In this document: positions 53,396 to 64,000 of the stretch, piece after piece
Numbering within the stretch: the first letter of the stretch is position 1
Layout of the letters: every line of letters begins with the position of its first letter
Origin: an uncultured Gemmatimonadaceae bacterium
Lineage (GTDB): Bacteria > Gemmatimonadota > Gemmatimonadetes > Gemmatimonadales > Gemmatimonadaceae
DNA: 64,000 nt
Direction: 5' to 3'
NCBI GenBank assembly: GCA_963822945.1
Contig: CAWGJO010000021.1
Coordinates: 160,001-224,000, forward strand
Translations under genes and position numbers: made by a program
Notes under the pieces: model-generated
The model's database searches: none
Told to the model about the DNA's origin: nothing
The model's input: the letters and a program-made list of their open reading frames with translations, nothing else

Positions 53396-54808
53396 ATGCT
53401 TTCGAGCTCGAGCGCCCTGGAAACCGCCCGCCGTCTGGAGCAACGGGAGCTGACGACGCGCGAGGTGGTCGCTCACTACCTGGACCGCATCCGCGACCTG
53501 GACGGCGAGCTCAGCGCGTTCGTCGAGGTGCACGACCGAGAAGCGCGCAGACAGGCGGCTCGTACGACGCCGTCCGGCGGTCTGTCCGGGATTCCAGTAG
53601 CCGTCAAAGACCTCAACGCGGTTCGTCTCAGCCACATGCGCCTCGGCTCCCGGGCGGCCACCCGACTCTGGACACCGTTCGACGATCTCGCCGTGCGCCG
53701 CCTGAGACGCGCCGGCATGATCGTGCTCGGCAAGGCCTCCACGTCCGAGCTCGGCGTGCTGCCCGTGACCGAGCCGGCCATCCATCCCCCGACGCGAAAC
53801 CCTCACCATCCCGAGTACAGCGCGGGAGGCTCCAGCGGTGGGTCTGCTGCAGCTGTCGCAGCCATGCTTTGTCCGCTCGCCCTGGGGAGCGACGGCGCCG
53901 GATCCATTCGCATTCCGGCCTCTTTCTGTGGCGTGGTCGGCCTCAAGCCTTCCCGAGGACTCGTCGTCAACCCTTTCGGCATGGACGATCCGGATCTGAT
54001 CTGGACTTGCGGTCCCATCGCGGGGAACGTCGCGGATGCCGCGGCGATGCTCGACGTACTCGCGGATCCGGGGTCGACACGCCTCGAGGGCGCGCTCAGC
54101 ATCCTGCAGCGCCGTCGCAGCGGCCACCCGGAACCCGCGTTGAAACCACGGTTCGTCGCGCAATTGCGCGACGAGCCAGCAGCCCTCGAGGTGCGTTTCA
54201 CGACTCGCTCCGTTCTGGGACAAAGCGATCCGGCAGTGGCGCAAGCCGTGCGGCACGTGGCAGCGCTTCTCGAGCGGCTCGGCCACCGGGTACGAGAGAT
54301 GGAACCCTTGGGCGGGACGACCCCGGAAGAGTTTCTGCCGCTGTGGCAGGTCAACTCCATGGTGATGCCGTGGCTCGACGAGAGGCGGCTCGAGCCGTTC
54401 ACGCGATGGCTGCGACAGGGCTCTCGGCGGGTCGACAAGCGCCGAACGCGGGAGCTCGCCCGCACGATCGCGCGGCGGGTCTTCCATGCCTTCGCGGACG
54501 CCGACGTCTGGCTGACCCCCACCGTGATGTCGACAGCCCCACGGGTGGGGTCCTTTCGCGGCTTGACCCCGCTAGAGACTTTCGAGCGAGCGGCCCGCAT
54601 CGCCGCGTTTACCGCTCCGTTCAACCTCACGGGCCAGCCGGCGATCAGCATACCCGTGGCGTCGAGCCCCGAAGGGTTGCCGATTGGCGCACAGCTCGTG
54701 GGCCGGCCCCACGCCGACCTCGGGCTCCTGCAGCTTGCCGCCACCCTCGAGAGCGAGCTCGACTTCGCCCGACTACCTCGGGCCGCTCAACCCTGGTTCA
54801 GGCACTGA
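53396..54808 (+). CDS. amidase-signature family protein
   Basis: [35 protein letters not shown]. Confidence 0.93.
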   Translation: MLSSSSALETARRLEQRELTTREVVAHYLDRIRDLDGELSAFVEVHDREARRQAARTTPSGGLSGIPVAVKDLNAVRLSHMRLGSRAATRLWTPFDDLAVRRLRRAGMIVLGKASTSELGVLPVTEPAIHPPTRNPHHPEYSAGGSSGGSAAAVAAMLCPLALGSDGAGSIRIPASFCGVVGLKPSRGLVVNPFGMDDPDLIWTCGPIAGNVADAAAMLDVLADPGSTRLEGALSILQRRRSGHPEPALKPRFVAQLRDEPAALEVRFTTRSVLGQSDPAVAQAVRHVAALLERLGHRVREMEPLGGTTPEEFLPLWQVNSMVMPWLDERRLEPFTRWLRQGSRRVDKRRTRELARTIARRVFHAFADADVWLTPTVMSTAPRVGSFRGLTPLETFERAARIAAFTAPFNLTGQPAISIPVASSPEGLPIGAQLVGRPHADLGLLQLAATLESELDFARLPRAAQPWFRH

Positions 54809-55551
54809 GTCGGTAGGCGTCAGGAACGTCGGACTCCAAGATCGCTGCTCCGACGGCCTGAGCCGCTTGCTCGACCTGGCTCCACACGACCTGCAAGTGC
54901 ATGCGAAGCACGCTGGTTCCCACCCACATCACGTACGGCGCTCGGATTCTCCTGATACACCCAAGTCTGCTCCACGCGACAGCGGCCGGGGCCCAACTCC
55001 TCCACCTCGAACGCCGAGCTACCGGCAATGTAGGAGCCCTCCAGGTAAACGTATTTCACGCGGGCCGGGAAGTGATTGGTGTCCAGCTCGACCAATTCGC
55101 CAAAATCGCTGGTCCAGGCATCTTCGACCGACCTGAGAGCCCCCTGCAATAGTCGACCCATCGAGCTCGAACGCGACCAATTCGTCATGCGCTCCAGCCA
55201 ATCTGCATCCAGACGACCATCTTCCGCTTGTTGGACGAGCAGCTGGCGAACGCTGAACCGTCCTTGAAATCGCTGACCCACCTCGAAAGGCCTGCCGACG
55301 TCAGCGCGGGGGCGCATCACGCGAACCAAACCGAAGGCTCGATTCGGGTCGGCCATGGACCTGGCAAAAGCCTCTGCGAATTCTGCAGCGCTCGCGCTCA
55401 CCACGAAACTGCGCACGTCGCGTTTGATCGTCACCGGCGAATCCAGCCGCAGCGGCAACACGCGCCTCTCAGTCAGCTCCTTTTCCCAGATCTCTGGCGT
55501 CCAAACCAGGCCGGTTTCCGGAGCCACCCCTATCGCACGAAGCATCGACAT
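54798..55551 (-). CDS. hypothetical protein, possibly SRPBCC-like (frameshift ~54948)
   Basis: ORF 54820..55551 continues plausibly in the frame of 54798..55028. Confidence 0.5.
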
Positions 55552-55593
55552 GCCCCTGCCAATAGCCCGACTTAAATGTGAATTCGATAGAAA

Positions 55594-56616
55594 TCAGCGC
55601 CGCTTGGCGCGGCGCACGTCGAGCACCGGTAGCTTCTGCTTCAAGAGCTCCGCTCTCAGCTCGCTCCAGGGCCGCGGGGCCTCGAGCAGATCGTACTCCC
55701 CGGAGCAGGGCGCGGTGTCGTAGCCGCGCATCACGTCGTCCGCGTTCTTCATGGCCTGATCGGGCTTCTCACCGATGAGCTGTCCATATACGTACAGCTC
55801 CGCGGCGACCTGCAGCGCGCCCAGGGGACAGCGCTTGGACTTGTCGCGCACCTTCTTCGCGCGGCGTGCGGCGCGCTGAACGCGCTTGAGCCGCTCGAAG
55901 TACAGCGGCGTGAAATCCCGCAGGTTCTTGGCGAAACGTCCACCTTCCCAGGACTCCAGGCCGCGCACTTCCAGCTGCAGCGCCAGCGACGGCCCGCACG
56001 ACACCCGCGCGCAGGGCGCGATGCTCAATGCGAACATGCGATACGCAAACTCCGGGATGCCGTCGCGGTCGCCATCCTGAATGCAGGTGGGGCAGCTGGG
56101 GACGGCCTTGGGCTCGACGAAGGCATCCTTGACGAGCTCGAGTACCTTGGGCGTGGCAACGCCGCAATTCGCGCCACACGGAGTGAGATGCAAGACCACG
56201 TAAGCGGACCCATCGCCGCGCAGGTCCCAGGTGAGCCGGCCCTTCTTGGTCTTCATCACGTCGATCATGCCGCTCTCGCCGGTGTGAACGACGAAAGGAC
56301 CGGCGCCTACCGCGACGAAGCGCTCCAGCTTGTAGGCGGGCGCCTTTTCCGCCGTCGGCTCCAGCAGCAAGATGGCCGCGTTGTGTCCCGGTATCTCGAT
56401 CGTCTCTTTGACGATCCAGCCGTCGGCGGTTGCGTTTGCCGTGGCGCGGCGCAAGTTGTCGCGGAACGTGCGTTGCGCAGTGGGCGCCTTCGGCGAAGGT
56501 GGCGGCGTGGGTCGCGCGGGGGCGACGACGACGCCGGCGGGATCCGACGCCGGCCGCGCCGGACCGCAGGCAACGATGGCCAGCGACAACGAGAGAAGCG
56601 CGAGGCGTCCGCGCAT
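55594..56616 (-). CDS. hypothetical lipoprotein coupled to dapB
   Basis: TGATG overlap; AIVAC lipobox; CGANC, CPTC, DGDRDG. Confidence 0.7.
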   Translation of the reverse strand: MRGRLALLSLSLAIVACGPARPASDPAGVVVAPARPTPPPSPKAPTAQRTFRDNLRRATANATADGWIVKETIEIPGHNAAILLLEPTAEKAPAYKLERFVAVGAGPFVVHTGESGMIDVMKTKKGRLTWDLRGDGSAYVVLHLTPCGANCGVATPKVLELVKDAFVEPKAVPSCPTCIQDGDRDGIPEFAYRMFALSIAPCARVSCGPSLALQLEVRGLESWEGGRFAKNLRDFTPLYFERLKRVQRAARRAKKVRDKSKRCPLGALQVAAELYVYGQLIGEKPDQAMKNADDVMRGYDTAPCSGEYDLLEAPRPWSELRAELLKQKLPVLDVRRAKRR

Positions 56617-57401
56617 CAGCCGAGAACGTCTGCGATCGTGTACAGGCCGGGCTTCTTGCCCGCCAGAAAGCGCGCGCCGCGGAGCGCGCCGTGAGCGAAC
56701 AGCTCGCGACTCGTCGCCCGGTGGGTGAGCTCCAGTCGCTCCCCGGGCCCCAGCAGATACACCGTGTGGTCACCCACCACGTCGCCGCCGCGCACGCCGA
56801 AAACGGCCATTTCGTCGTCTTTGCGGGCACCCACCTCGCCGCCGCGCCCGTGCAGCTCCCGAAGCTCCCCGCGCACCGCGCGGGCGGCGTCCGCCAGCCG
56901 CCGGGCGGTACCGCTGGGTGCGTCCACCTTGCGCCGGTGGTGGATTTCCACGATCTCCACGTCGTAACCCAGACCCAATCGCTTGAGCGCCTGCTCCACG
57001 ACCTCCGCGAGCACTTGCACTCCCAAGCTGGTGTTCGGCGCCCACAGCACCGGCACGCTCTCCGCCGCCTTGTCCAGGGCCTGACGGCCGGCGGCGTCCA
57101 GGTTCGTCGTGCCGCTCATCACGGCCACTTTCTGGCGTGCAGCTACGGCGAGCAATCCCGGCACCGCCGAGGCCACGGAAAAGTCCACCACCACGTCTGC
57201 GCCCAGCAGACCCGCACCGAGATCCGCCGTCGCTTCCACGCCCACGGTACCGACGCCAGCCAGCTCCCCGACGTCGCGCCCCTGTCCCGGATCCACGCTG
57301 GAGCACACCGCGCCCACGATGTCGACGTCCTCGGCCTCGTGGGCGAGGCGAGCCACCGTGAGCCCCATGCGGCCGGTGGCCCCGTGCAGGGCGAGCTTCA
57401 C
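56616..57401 (-). CDS. dapB: 4-hydroxy-tetrahydrodipicolinate reductase
   Basis: GATGRMG, DFS, GTT, EIHHRRKVDAPSGTA, RGGDVVGDH. Confidence 0.96.
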   Translation of the reverse strand: MKLALHGATGRMGLTVARLAHEAEDVDIVGAVCSSVDPGQGRDVGELAGVGTVGVEATADLGAGLLGADVVVDFSVASAVPGLLAVAARQKVAVMSGTTNLDAAGRQALDKAAESVPVLWAPNTSLGVQVLAEVVEQALKRLGLGYDVEIVEIHHRRKVDAPSGTARRLADAARAVRGELRELHGRGGEVGARKDDEMAVFGVRGGDVVGDHTVYLLGPGERLELTHRATSRELFAHGALRGARFLAGKKPGLYTIADVLG

Positions 57402-58293
57402 GACTTTTCGAACTCCGCGATGACCAGAGCGAGACGGTCTCCCGCGCTCCGGTGCTGGCGGGCACCAACGGCGGACGCACGGTGTCCTGCATCAGTCCCT
57501 TGGCCGCCAGCACGGCCTTCGGAATTTGCGGATTGGGCTCGATGAACAGCGCCTTGTGCACCGGGTACAACTTGAAGTGCTTGGCCCGCGCCGCTTCCCA
57601 GCGCCCGGCCTCCACGTCCGCCACGACCTCGCTCACCTGGCGGGGATACACGTTGGAAGTGACGCTAATCACGCCTTTCACGCCCACCGCCATCATCGGC
57701 AAGGTGAGCGGATCGTCGCCGCTCATCAGCGTGACGCGATCCCCGGCGCGCCGCAGCACTTCCTGGCAATAGGCTACGTTGCCCGTCGCGTCTTTGACGC
57801 CCACCACGTTCTTGCACGCGTCCAGCACGCGCAGCGTGGAGTCTGCAGACAGCTCCACGTTGGTGCGACCGGGAATGTTGTAGAGCACGATGGGTGCGCT
57901 TACGGCCTCTGCAATCAGACGCACGTGCTGGAACATGCCTTCTTGGCTGGGCTTGTTGTAGTACGGCATCACGATCATCACGGCGTCCGCGCCCGCTTCC
58001 AGCGCAGCCTGGCTCGCCTTGATGCTCTTTTGCGTGTTGTTGGATCCGGTGCCGGCCAAGATCGGCACCTTGCCCTTGGCCAGCTTCGCGGTGCGTTGGA
58101 TCACCTCGAGCTGCTCGGCGTCGCTCAGTGTGGGTGTCTCGCCGGTGGTGCCACACGGCACCAGGCCGGAGATGCCGCCTTCGAGCTGACCGGTGACGAG
58201 CTTGTCGAAGGCTTCCCAGTCGATCTTGGAGCCGTCTTTGGTGAAGGGCGTGACGAGGGCGGTGTAGGCGCCTCGGAGATTGATGCCACTCAT
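57398..58293 (-). CDS. dapA: 4-hydroxy-tetrahydrodipicolinate synthase (frameshift ~57430)
   Basis: ALVTPF, GTTGE, PYYNKP, YNIPGRT, GVKDA, SGDD, EPNP; likely GTGA overlap with dapB. Confidence 0.95.
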
Positions 58294-58568
58294 GCCGAGA
58301 CTATTTGCCGCATTCGCGCGGGAAGCAACCGGGAGTGCGTTGTGCCTTGGTTTCGCGGTTCGCCCGTCGGCGCGTCGGCCGAGCACGAACGCGCCGACCG
58401 CGCGCCGCGCGCAGGCTCCCGGGCGGGGGCGAGGGATTCGTCCGTCCCCGGCAAGTGCGCCCGAGCCCGGGAAAACGCCTCCCCTGAGCCGCATCATTTG
58501 AGATTTGGCAAGTCGGGCCTATGTGCCCTCGGAGTCCCAGCCCGAAAACCTTGAAGGAGAACACGCGC

Positions 58569-58976
58569 ATGCCCGCAATCACATGGGGACCCCAGATCGA
58601 GCTCGGTATCGAGATCATCGACGCGCAGCACAAGCGCTTGGTGGAGCTGATCAACGAGCTCGGGCAGGCCATGGAGGATGGGCGCAGCAACGAGGTGATG
58701 GCCGCCACCCTGGCGGAGCTGGTGGACTACACCCACACTCACTTCAAGACCGAAGAAGTGCTGCTGCACGAAAACGACTACGAAGACCTGAAGCAGCACC
58801 GGCGAGAGCACCGCATCTTCACGGACCAGATCGAGATCTACAAGGATCGCTTCGAGTCCGGTTTCCAGAGCGTAACCCAGGCACTGATGGACTATCTGAG
58901 CGGCTGGCTCGTCACGCACATCACCGTCTCGGATCGCGCGTACCTCGCTACGCTCAAAGAAGCCGGCGTGAAGTGA
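58569..58976 (+). CDS. bacteriohemerythrin
   Basis: IDAQHKRL, HFKTEE, HRREH, WLVTHITVSD; GAAGGAG RBS. Confidence 0.92.
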   Translation: MPAITWGPQIELGIEIIDAQHKRLVELINELGQAMEDGRSNEVMAATLAELVDYTHTHFKTEEVLLHENDYEDLKQHRREHRIFTDQIEIYKDRFESGFQSVTQALMDYLSGWLVTHITVSDRAYLATLKEAGVK

Positions 58977-58977
58977 G

Positions 58978-60265
58978 TCAGGGCCGGCGGAAGCTGGCCA
59001 CGAAATAGCCCTCCGTACCGTGCCGGAGCGGCAAGAGCCGGAAGCTGGTCGCGTCGGTCGGGAGTAGCTCGTCGAGGTCGGGCGCGTCGAAAGGCACGGG
59101 CTCGAGCACGTCGGCGACGCGCTGCACGACCTGATCGCCTTCCTCCGGCAGGATGCTGCATACCGCGAACACGATGCGGCCTCCCGACCGGGCGCGGGTG
59201 GCAGCCCGGCGCAGGATGCTCTCCGCCAGGGCAGCCAGACGCCGCGGATCCTCGGGACGCAGGCGGAACGCAATCTCCGGGCGGCGCTGCAGAGTGCCCA
59301 CGCCGGTGCAAGGCGCGTCCACCAGCACGCGGTCGAAATCCGTCCGGGATCTTTCCCGAGCCCACGGTCCAGTCCACCGCGGCGGAGCGCACCTCCAAAA
59401 GACCCAGCCGCCGGCACTCGCCGGCCAGCGCTTCGAGCTTTTCGGGATAAAGATCCGACGCCCACACCTCCCCCCCGGCGCCCACTTGCTCGGCGAGCAA
59501 GGTCGTCTTCTGCCCGCGCCCGGCGCATGCGTCGAGCACGCGCTCCCCGGCGCGCGCGCCCAACGCCAGTCCCACCACCTGAGCGCCCTCCTCCTGGATC
59601 ACGAAGCGGCCCTCGGCGTAGCCCTCGCGGCGCCGCAGGTCCCCTGCGGCGCGGAGCAGCCGCGACCGCGGCGCGACACGGCCGACGGGCGCGTCGCGCA
59701 GCCACGAGGGCAGCTCTCCCGGCCCCACGATGCGCACGGCCGCGCCAGGTGGCACCGTCTCGTCCGCACCCACCAGCGCGCGGGCTTCGAGCTCCCCGAC
59801 GGAGCCCTTGAGCCGGCGCCATAACCAAGGCGGCAGACTCTCCACCACTGCTTCGGCTCGTGACAGCTTCGCGTCCTCGGCCGCGACCTTGCGCAAGACC
59901 GCGTTGGCGAAGCCCGCGATGCGCTTGCCTCGCTCCTTCGTGATCGCGCTCACGGCTGCGTTCACCGCGGCGTGAGCCGGAACACGGTCCAGAAGCAGGA
60001 TCTGATAGGCCGCGACGAGCATGTGCGCGACGACGGACGAATCGGTCTTCGAGAGCCCGCGCGGCGCAAAGCGCGCGAGCTCTCGCTCCAGTGCGCCTCG
60101 ACAGCGCAGCGTGCCGTACACCAGCTCTGTGGCGAGGCCGCGATCGCGAGCATCCAGCTGAGGGTGACGCGCGAGCTCCGCGTCCAGCGCGGCCGCCGCA
60201 AATGCGCCGTCCCGTGCCACCCGCTCCAGCACGCGAGCGGCGATGGGTCGCACCAGCTCCGTCAC
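58978..60265 (-). CDS. rsmB: 16S rRNA m5C967 methyltransferase RsmB/Sun (frameshift ~59340)
   Basis: NusB-like N-terminus, VLDACAGRGQKT, LVDAPCTGVG, AVCS. Confidence 0.88.
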
Positions 60266-61938
60266 CCGACCAGCTCGCGGAGCTGGCCGACGATGACGTC
60301 CCAGCGCCGTTCCACGTCGTTCTTGAAGGCCAGGGCCATCAAGCCGACCAAGATCATCATGCCCAACAAATGCGCGATTTCACGCACCCGAAGTGGCAAC
60401 GGCCGGCGCAAAACGGCCTCGATGGCAAAGAACATCAGATGTCCGCCGTCCAGCACCGGAATGGGCAGCAAATTCAACAAGCCCAGATTGATGCTGATCA
60501 GCGCCATCACCCACACGAAGTAATCGGGACCTTTGCGGCCCTCTTCGCCGGCCACCTCGTAGATGGTGATCGGACCGGATAGAGACTTGAGGCTGATCCG
60601 CCCCTGCGCCAAGCGAACGATGCCGATCATCACGAAGCGCGTGACGTCCACCGTTTCTTCCACGGCCTTCTCCATCGCGTAGCGGACGGGCGTCGGGTGC
60701 TCCACCTTCTTTTCGGGAGCCAGCGGTATCCAATGCTGCACTCTCAACACGTAACGCGCGAAGGTCTGGCCGTGCTCGTCGGTGAAGTCTTCCCGACGCA
60801 TTTGGAACGTACCCGAGCGCTCGCGCCCGTCGCGAGCCGCCAGGTAATCGATGCGGTGCGGCCGGTCCGGCGCGGCCAACACGCGCTCGCGGAACGTCGA
60901 CCAGGCGGGCACGGCCTCGTCGTCCAGCCGCAGGATCTTGTCTCCCGGTCTGAGGCCGGCCTTGTGCAAGTAGCTGTCCTCGGGAACGACCGCCGCGTAC
61001 AGATCGGCCAGCTCGATGCCCGTGCTCGATTGCAGGTCCGTTCCGCTCGCGTCGGGCGTGAGGGCCACCACTCCGGCCTCGAACACCGCCATGTCCGCCA
61101 GCCCGCCCAGAGCTTCCGGCACGGTCACCGGCCGCAAGTAGGTGACGGGGACGGTTTCTCCACGATTTTCGGACAGCGCGCGATCCAGATCCATGAAGCG
61201 CCGTACGGGCTGTCCGGCCACGTAGGTGATCACGTCGAAGGTCCTGAGACCCGCGCGATAGGCCGGGGAATCCGTGTTGGCGATGCCGATGACGGCAGCC
61301 GGGGCGCTGGGCTGGATGCCGACGGTCCCCACCCGCTCCACGATGTCGAGCTCCCGGCGCTCCACGGTCTCCTCCGCGGTCACCTCCACCTCGACTTCCT
61401 TGTTGTCGCGGAACACCTTGAAGCGCACGGGCTTGCTCGGGTTCTTGCTGACGATGCGCTTGAGCTCGTCGAAGGTGCCGACGTCCTGCCCGTTGACCGC
61501 CATGATGCGATCGCCGGGAAACAGCTTTCCGGATGCCGGGTGACCTGGAAGCACGACGCCAACGGTGGGCGGCAGGAACGGACCGTCGGTGACGAACACG
61601 GAGAAGTAGAGGAGGATCGGAAAAAACAGGTTCATCATCGGACCGGCGAGCACGACGATGACGCGCTTGTAGATGGGCAGGGATTCGAAGGTCCGGTTCT
61701 TGTCCTCGGGCAGGACGATGTCCGTCTTCGACGCCTCCAGCATCTTCACGTAGCCGCCCAGCGGCAGCAGGCTGATGCAGTACTCCGTCTCCCGACCACG
61801 CAGTCGAAGAATCTTGGGGCCGAACCCCAGGCTGAAGGTCATCACCTTGACGCCAAAGATCTTGGCGAAGGCGAAATGACCGAGCTCGTGCACGAAGATG
61901 AGCGAGCTCACCAGGATGACGAAGTAGAGGAGGTCCAT
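60262..61938 (-). CDS. rseP: RIP metalloprotease RseP with PDZ domains
   Basis: HELGH, FSLGFGP, PLGGYVKM, AGPMMN, NLLPIPVLDGGH. Confidence 0.95.
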   Translation of the reverse strand: MDLLYFVILVSSLIFVHELGHFAFAKIFGVKVMTFSLGFGPKILRLRGRETEYCISLLPLGGYVKMLEASKTDIVLPEDKNRTFESLPIYKRVIVVLAGPMMNLFFPILLYFSVFVTDGPFLPPTVGVVLPGHPASGKLFPGDRIMAVNGQDVGTFDELKRIVSKNPSKPVRFKVFRDNKEVEVEVTAEETVERRELDIVERVGTVGIQPSAPAAVIGIANTDSPAYRAGLRTFDVITYVAGQPVRRFMDLDRALSENRGETVPVTYLRPVTVPEALGGLADMAVFEAGVVALTPDASGTDLQSSTGIELADLYAAVVPEDSYLHKAGLRPGDKILRLDDEAVPAWSTFRERVLAAPDRPHRIDYLAARDGRERSGTFQMRREDFTDEHGQTFARYVLRVQHWIPLAPEKKVEHPTPVRYAMEKAVEETVDVTRFVMIGIVRLAQGRISLKSLSGPITIYEVAGEEGRKGPDYFVWVMALISINLGLLNLLPIPVLDGGHLMFFAIEAVLRRPLPLRVREIAHLLGMMILVGLMALAFKNDVERRWDVIVGQLRELVG

Positions 61939-62026
61939 CGCGGTGGCCGGGCGCCGGCAGGACTCGGGCCTCGAAGAGCGGCGCGAGCGTAGCATGATGC
62001 AAAAAACCCGGGTAGCGTCCCCGGCC

Positions 62027-62515
62027 ATGGCCCAAAAGCCGCGCGGAAAGACGCCTGGAGAGTGCCGCGTGCAGCTCCACCAGCTGATGCTGCCGGAGCA
62101 CGCCAACGCCTACGGCAACGTGCACGGCGGGTTGATCATGAAGATGGTGGACGAAACCGGAGGCATCGCCGCCATGCGCCACGCCCAGCGCCCGTGCGTG
62201 ACGGTAGCGATGGACTCCATGACCTTCGTGTCCCCCGTGCACGTGGGAGAGCTGTTGTGTTGCGTGGCCAGCGTCAACTTCGTGGGCAAGAGCTCGCTGG
62301 AGGTCGGCGTGCGCGTCCATGCAGAGAACTTCATCACCGGAGAGATCACGCACACGAACTCCGCGTACCTCGTGTACGTGGCGCTCGGCGACGACGGCAA
62401 GCCCATGCCGGCGCCGCCGCTCGTGCTCGAGACCGAAGACGAGCGGCGGCGTTTCCGTGAAGCCCAAGAGCGTCAAAAGGCGCGGCTCGCTCGGCGCAAG
62501 AAGCCCGCGGACTGA
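62027..62515 (+). CDS. acyl-CoA thioesterase (hotdog fold)
   Basis: ANAYGNVHGGLIMKMVDE, VGKSSLEVGV. Confidence 0.92.
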   Translation: MAQKPRGKTPGECRVQLHQLMLPEHANAYGNVHGGLIMKMVDETGGIAAMRHAQRPCVTVAMDSMTFVSPVHVGELLCCVASVNFVGKSSLEVGVRVHAENFITGEITHTNSAYLVYVALGDDGKPMPAPPLVLETEDERRRFREAQERQKARLARRKKPAD

Positions 62516-62517
62516 TA

Positions 62518-63357
62518 TCAGCGGAACGCGCTCACGTTCTCGGCGATGAAGTCGGCGAAGCGCTGGCCCTCTTTCCCCAGCACGCTCTGCACCACGGGCG
62601 ACACCTCCGCGGCCCAACCGTTCGCTTTCACGGCCTCGAGGGCGATGAGCCCGTCCACCATCCAGTCCGGCGTACCGCTCGAGCGCAAGCCAGCCTCGAG
62701 CTGCTCCGGCTCGAGGTCCACGTAGCGAACGGTCTTACCCAGCGCCTGGCCGATGATGTCCGCGGCCTGGCTGTCGCTCAGCGCCTCGGGCCCGGTCAAA
62801 TCCAGGGTTTTTCCCGCGTGCGGAGCGGGATCTTGGAGAACTTTCGCCAGCACCTCGCCGATGTCTCGCGAGCTGATGTAGGCGCTCCTGCCGCCCTTGG
62901 ATGCGCCGTAGAACGCGCCGTCCTTCTTGATGGTGTCGGCTTGGAACTTGACGAAGTTGTCTTGGAAGAAGAGCGGCTTGACGATGGTCCAACCCATGCC
63001 ACTCGCTTTCAGCGCTTCGTCCGCTCGGCCGTGCTGTCGCGCGAGCTCCATGCCGGCATCCGGCGAGGCACCCGCCGCGCTGAGGCGAACGACGTGCTCC
63101 ACTCCGGCGCGTTTGGCCGCCGAAAGTGCCCGCGTCACCTGGGGCTCGAAGCTCTCGACGAAGGGCGTGATCAAGAGCAAACGCTTCACGCCTTCGAAGG
63201 CGCGGTTCAAGCTATTGGCGTCGTCGAGATCCGCGTGCACGGAGCCCGCGCCTTTGGGTGTGCGCACGCCGCTAACGGCTTTTACGCCGAGCGCGGCGAG
63301 GCTGCTCACGGTCTTGCTGCCGACGGTTCCAGTGGCTCCGGTAATCAGGATGGTCAT
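62518..63357 (-). CDS. NmrA/SDR-family NAD(P)-binding oxidoreductase
   Basis: ITGATGTVG, AGVEHVVRLS, LTGPEALS. Confidence 0.9.
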   Translation of the reverse strand: MTILITGATGTVGSKTVSSLAALGVKAVSGVRTPKGAGSVHADLDDANSLNRAFEGVKRLLLITPFVESFEPQVTRALSAAKRAGVEHVVRLSAAGASPDAGMELARQHGRADEALKASGMGWTIVKPLFFQDNFVKFQADTIKKDGAFYGASKGGRSAYISSRDIGEVLAKVLQDPAPHAGKTLDLTGPEALSDSQAADIIGQALGKTVRYVDLEPEQLEAGLRSSGTPDWMVDGLIALEAVKANGWAAEVSPVVQSVLGKEGQRFADFIAENVSAFR

Positions 63358-63400
63358 GGTGCTGCTTCCTTTCGAGAGCAGAACCTAAGCCGGCCCTCGG

Positions 63401-63415
63401 ATGCGGCAACTGCAT
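63401..63415. promoter_or_regulatory. LysR-type box ATGC-N7-GCAT (T-N11-A)
   Basis: Inverted repeat in the AT-rich spacer between the divergent NmrA and LysR genes. Confidence 0.5.
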
Positions 63416-63440
63416 GTTTTACATGATATGAATGCATTCT

Positions 63441-64000
63441 ATGCATCTCAGAAATCTGGACCTGAACCTGCTGGTGGTGCTGGACGCACTGCTGGAAACC
63501 GAGAACGTGAAGGCCGCCGCGGCCCGTCTCGGCCTCAGCGCCTCCGCCACCAGCCACGCCCTGGGGCGGCTCCGGGAGCTGCTCGGGGATCCGGTGCTGG
63601 TCCGCTCCGGTCGCAGCCTGGTTGCCAGCGCCCGCGCCCAGAAGCTGCGTCCCGTGGTCCGGCGCCTGCTCGAGGACGTGGAGCGTGCGCTGGCGCCGGA
63701 GCAGGAGCTGGATCCCGCAGAGCTGGAGCGCGCCTTCAGCGTCGCCGCCACGGACTACGCGGAGCTGGTCGTCGTAGCTCCCGTCGGCCAGTTGATCGCG
63801 AGCGAGGCACCCGGCGTGAATCTGTACTCCAAGGCGCTGCGCGACCTCCAAGGGCAGCTCCGGAGCGGCGAGGCGGACCTGGCGATCGGCGTGTTCCGCT
63901 CACCCAGCGACGACATCAAAACGAAAGAGCTCTTCCGTGATGAGCTGGTTTGTTTGTTCCGGCGCGGACACACCGCGCTCCGGAAGCCATTGGGCGTCAC
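63441..64000 (+). CDS. LysR-family regulator (3'-truncated by window)
   Basis: MHLRNLDLNLLVVLDALL...AAAARLGLSASATSHALGRLR...DPVLVRSG, read from sequence; absent from the ORF track because there is no stop. Confidence 0.93.
   Translation, partial: MHLRNLDLNLLVVLDALLETENVKAAAARLGLSASATSHALGRLRELLGDPVLVRSGRSLVASARAQKLRPVVRRLLEDVERALAPEQELDPAELERAFSVAATDYAELVVVAPVGQLIASEAPGVNLYSKALRDLQGQLRSGEADLAIGVFRSPSDDIKTKELFRDELVCLFRRGHTALRKPLGV

Noticed and set aside
56770..58497. 575-aa extended DapA
   Set aside because: Read-through over dapB caused by an indel near 57430.
58294..58500. Lysine riboswitch upstream of dapA
   Set aside because: GC-rich hairpins are present (e.g. 58366-58398), but I could not recognise the L-box consensus.

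Overview
GC-rich bacterial DNA whose gene content points to a myxobacterium, probably Polyangiaceae-like (inference). It encodes many Cys-rich/Gly-linker lipoproteins, Ser/Thr kinases, PEGA/TPR, vWA and IgGFc-binding proteins, and an ECF sigma/anti-sigma operon. The left ~41 kb is mostly accessory surface and signalling genes, plus thiC under a TPP riboswitch. The right ~22 kb holds more housekeeping genes: lgt, ybjQ, an M28 peptidase, a SMUG1-type UDG, two pcm copies, an amidase, dapB, dapA, a hemerythrin, rsmB, rseP, a thioesterase and an NmrA-LysR pair. More than 15 genes, including dapA and rsmB, are broken by apparent indels, most likely long-read assembly errors. I found no tRNA, rRNA, CRISPR array or transposase. 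The strongest unexplained signals are non-coding: (1) a 22-bp REP-like motif sitting just after stop codons; (2) a composite spacer at 41.6-41.95 kb with an inverted REP pair, a 4x19-bp tandem array and a 98-bp TGT...ACA MITE-like element; (3) a 98-nt nested hairpin at 35.2 kb; (4) a fixed-spacing bipartite motif that looks like the ECF sigma's own promoter. Coding oddities include two tandem isoaspartate methyltransferases that both carry lipoprotein signal peptides, and an Lgt with a very long acidic tail. I cannot show that any of these is a new system; each is given with a test.
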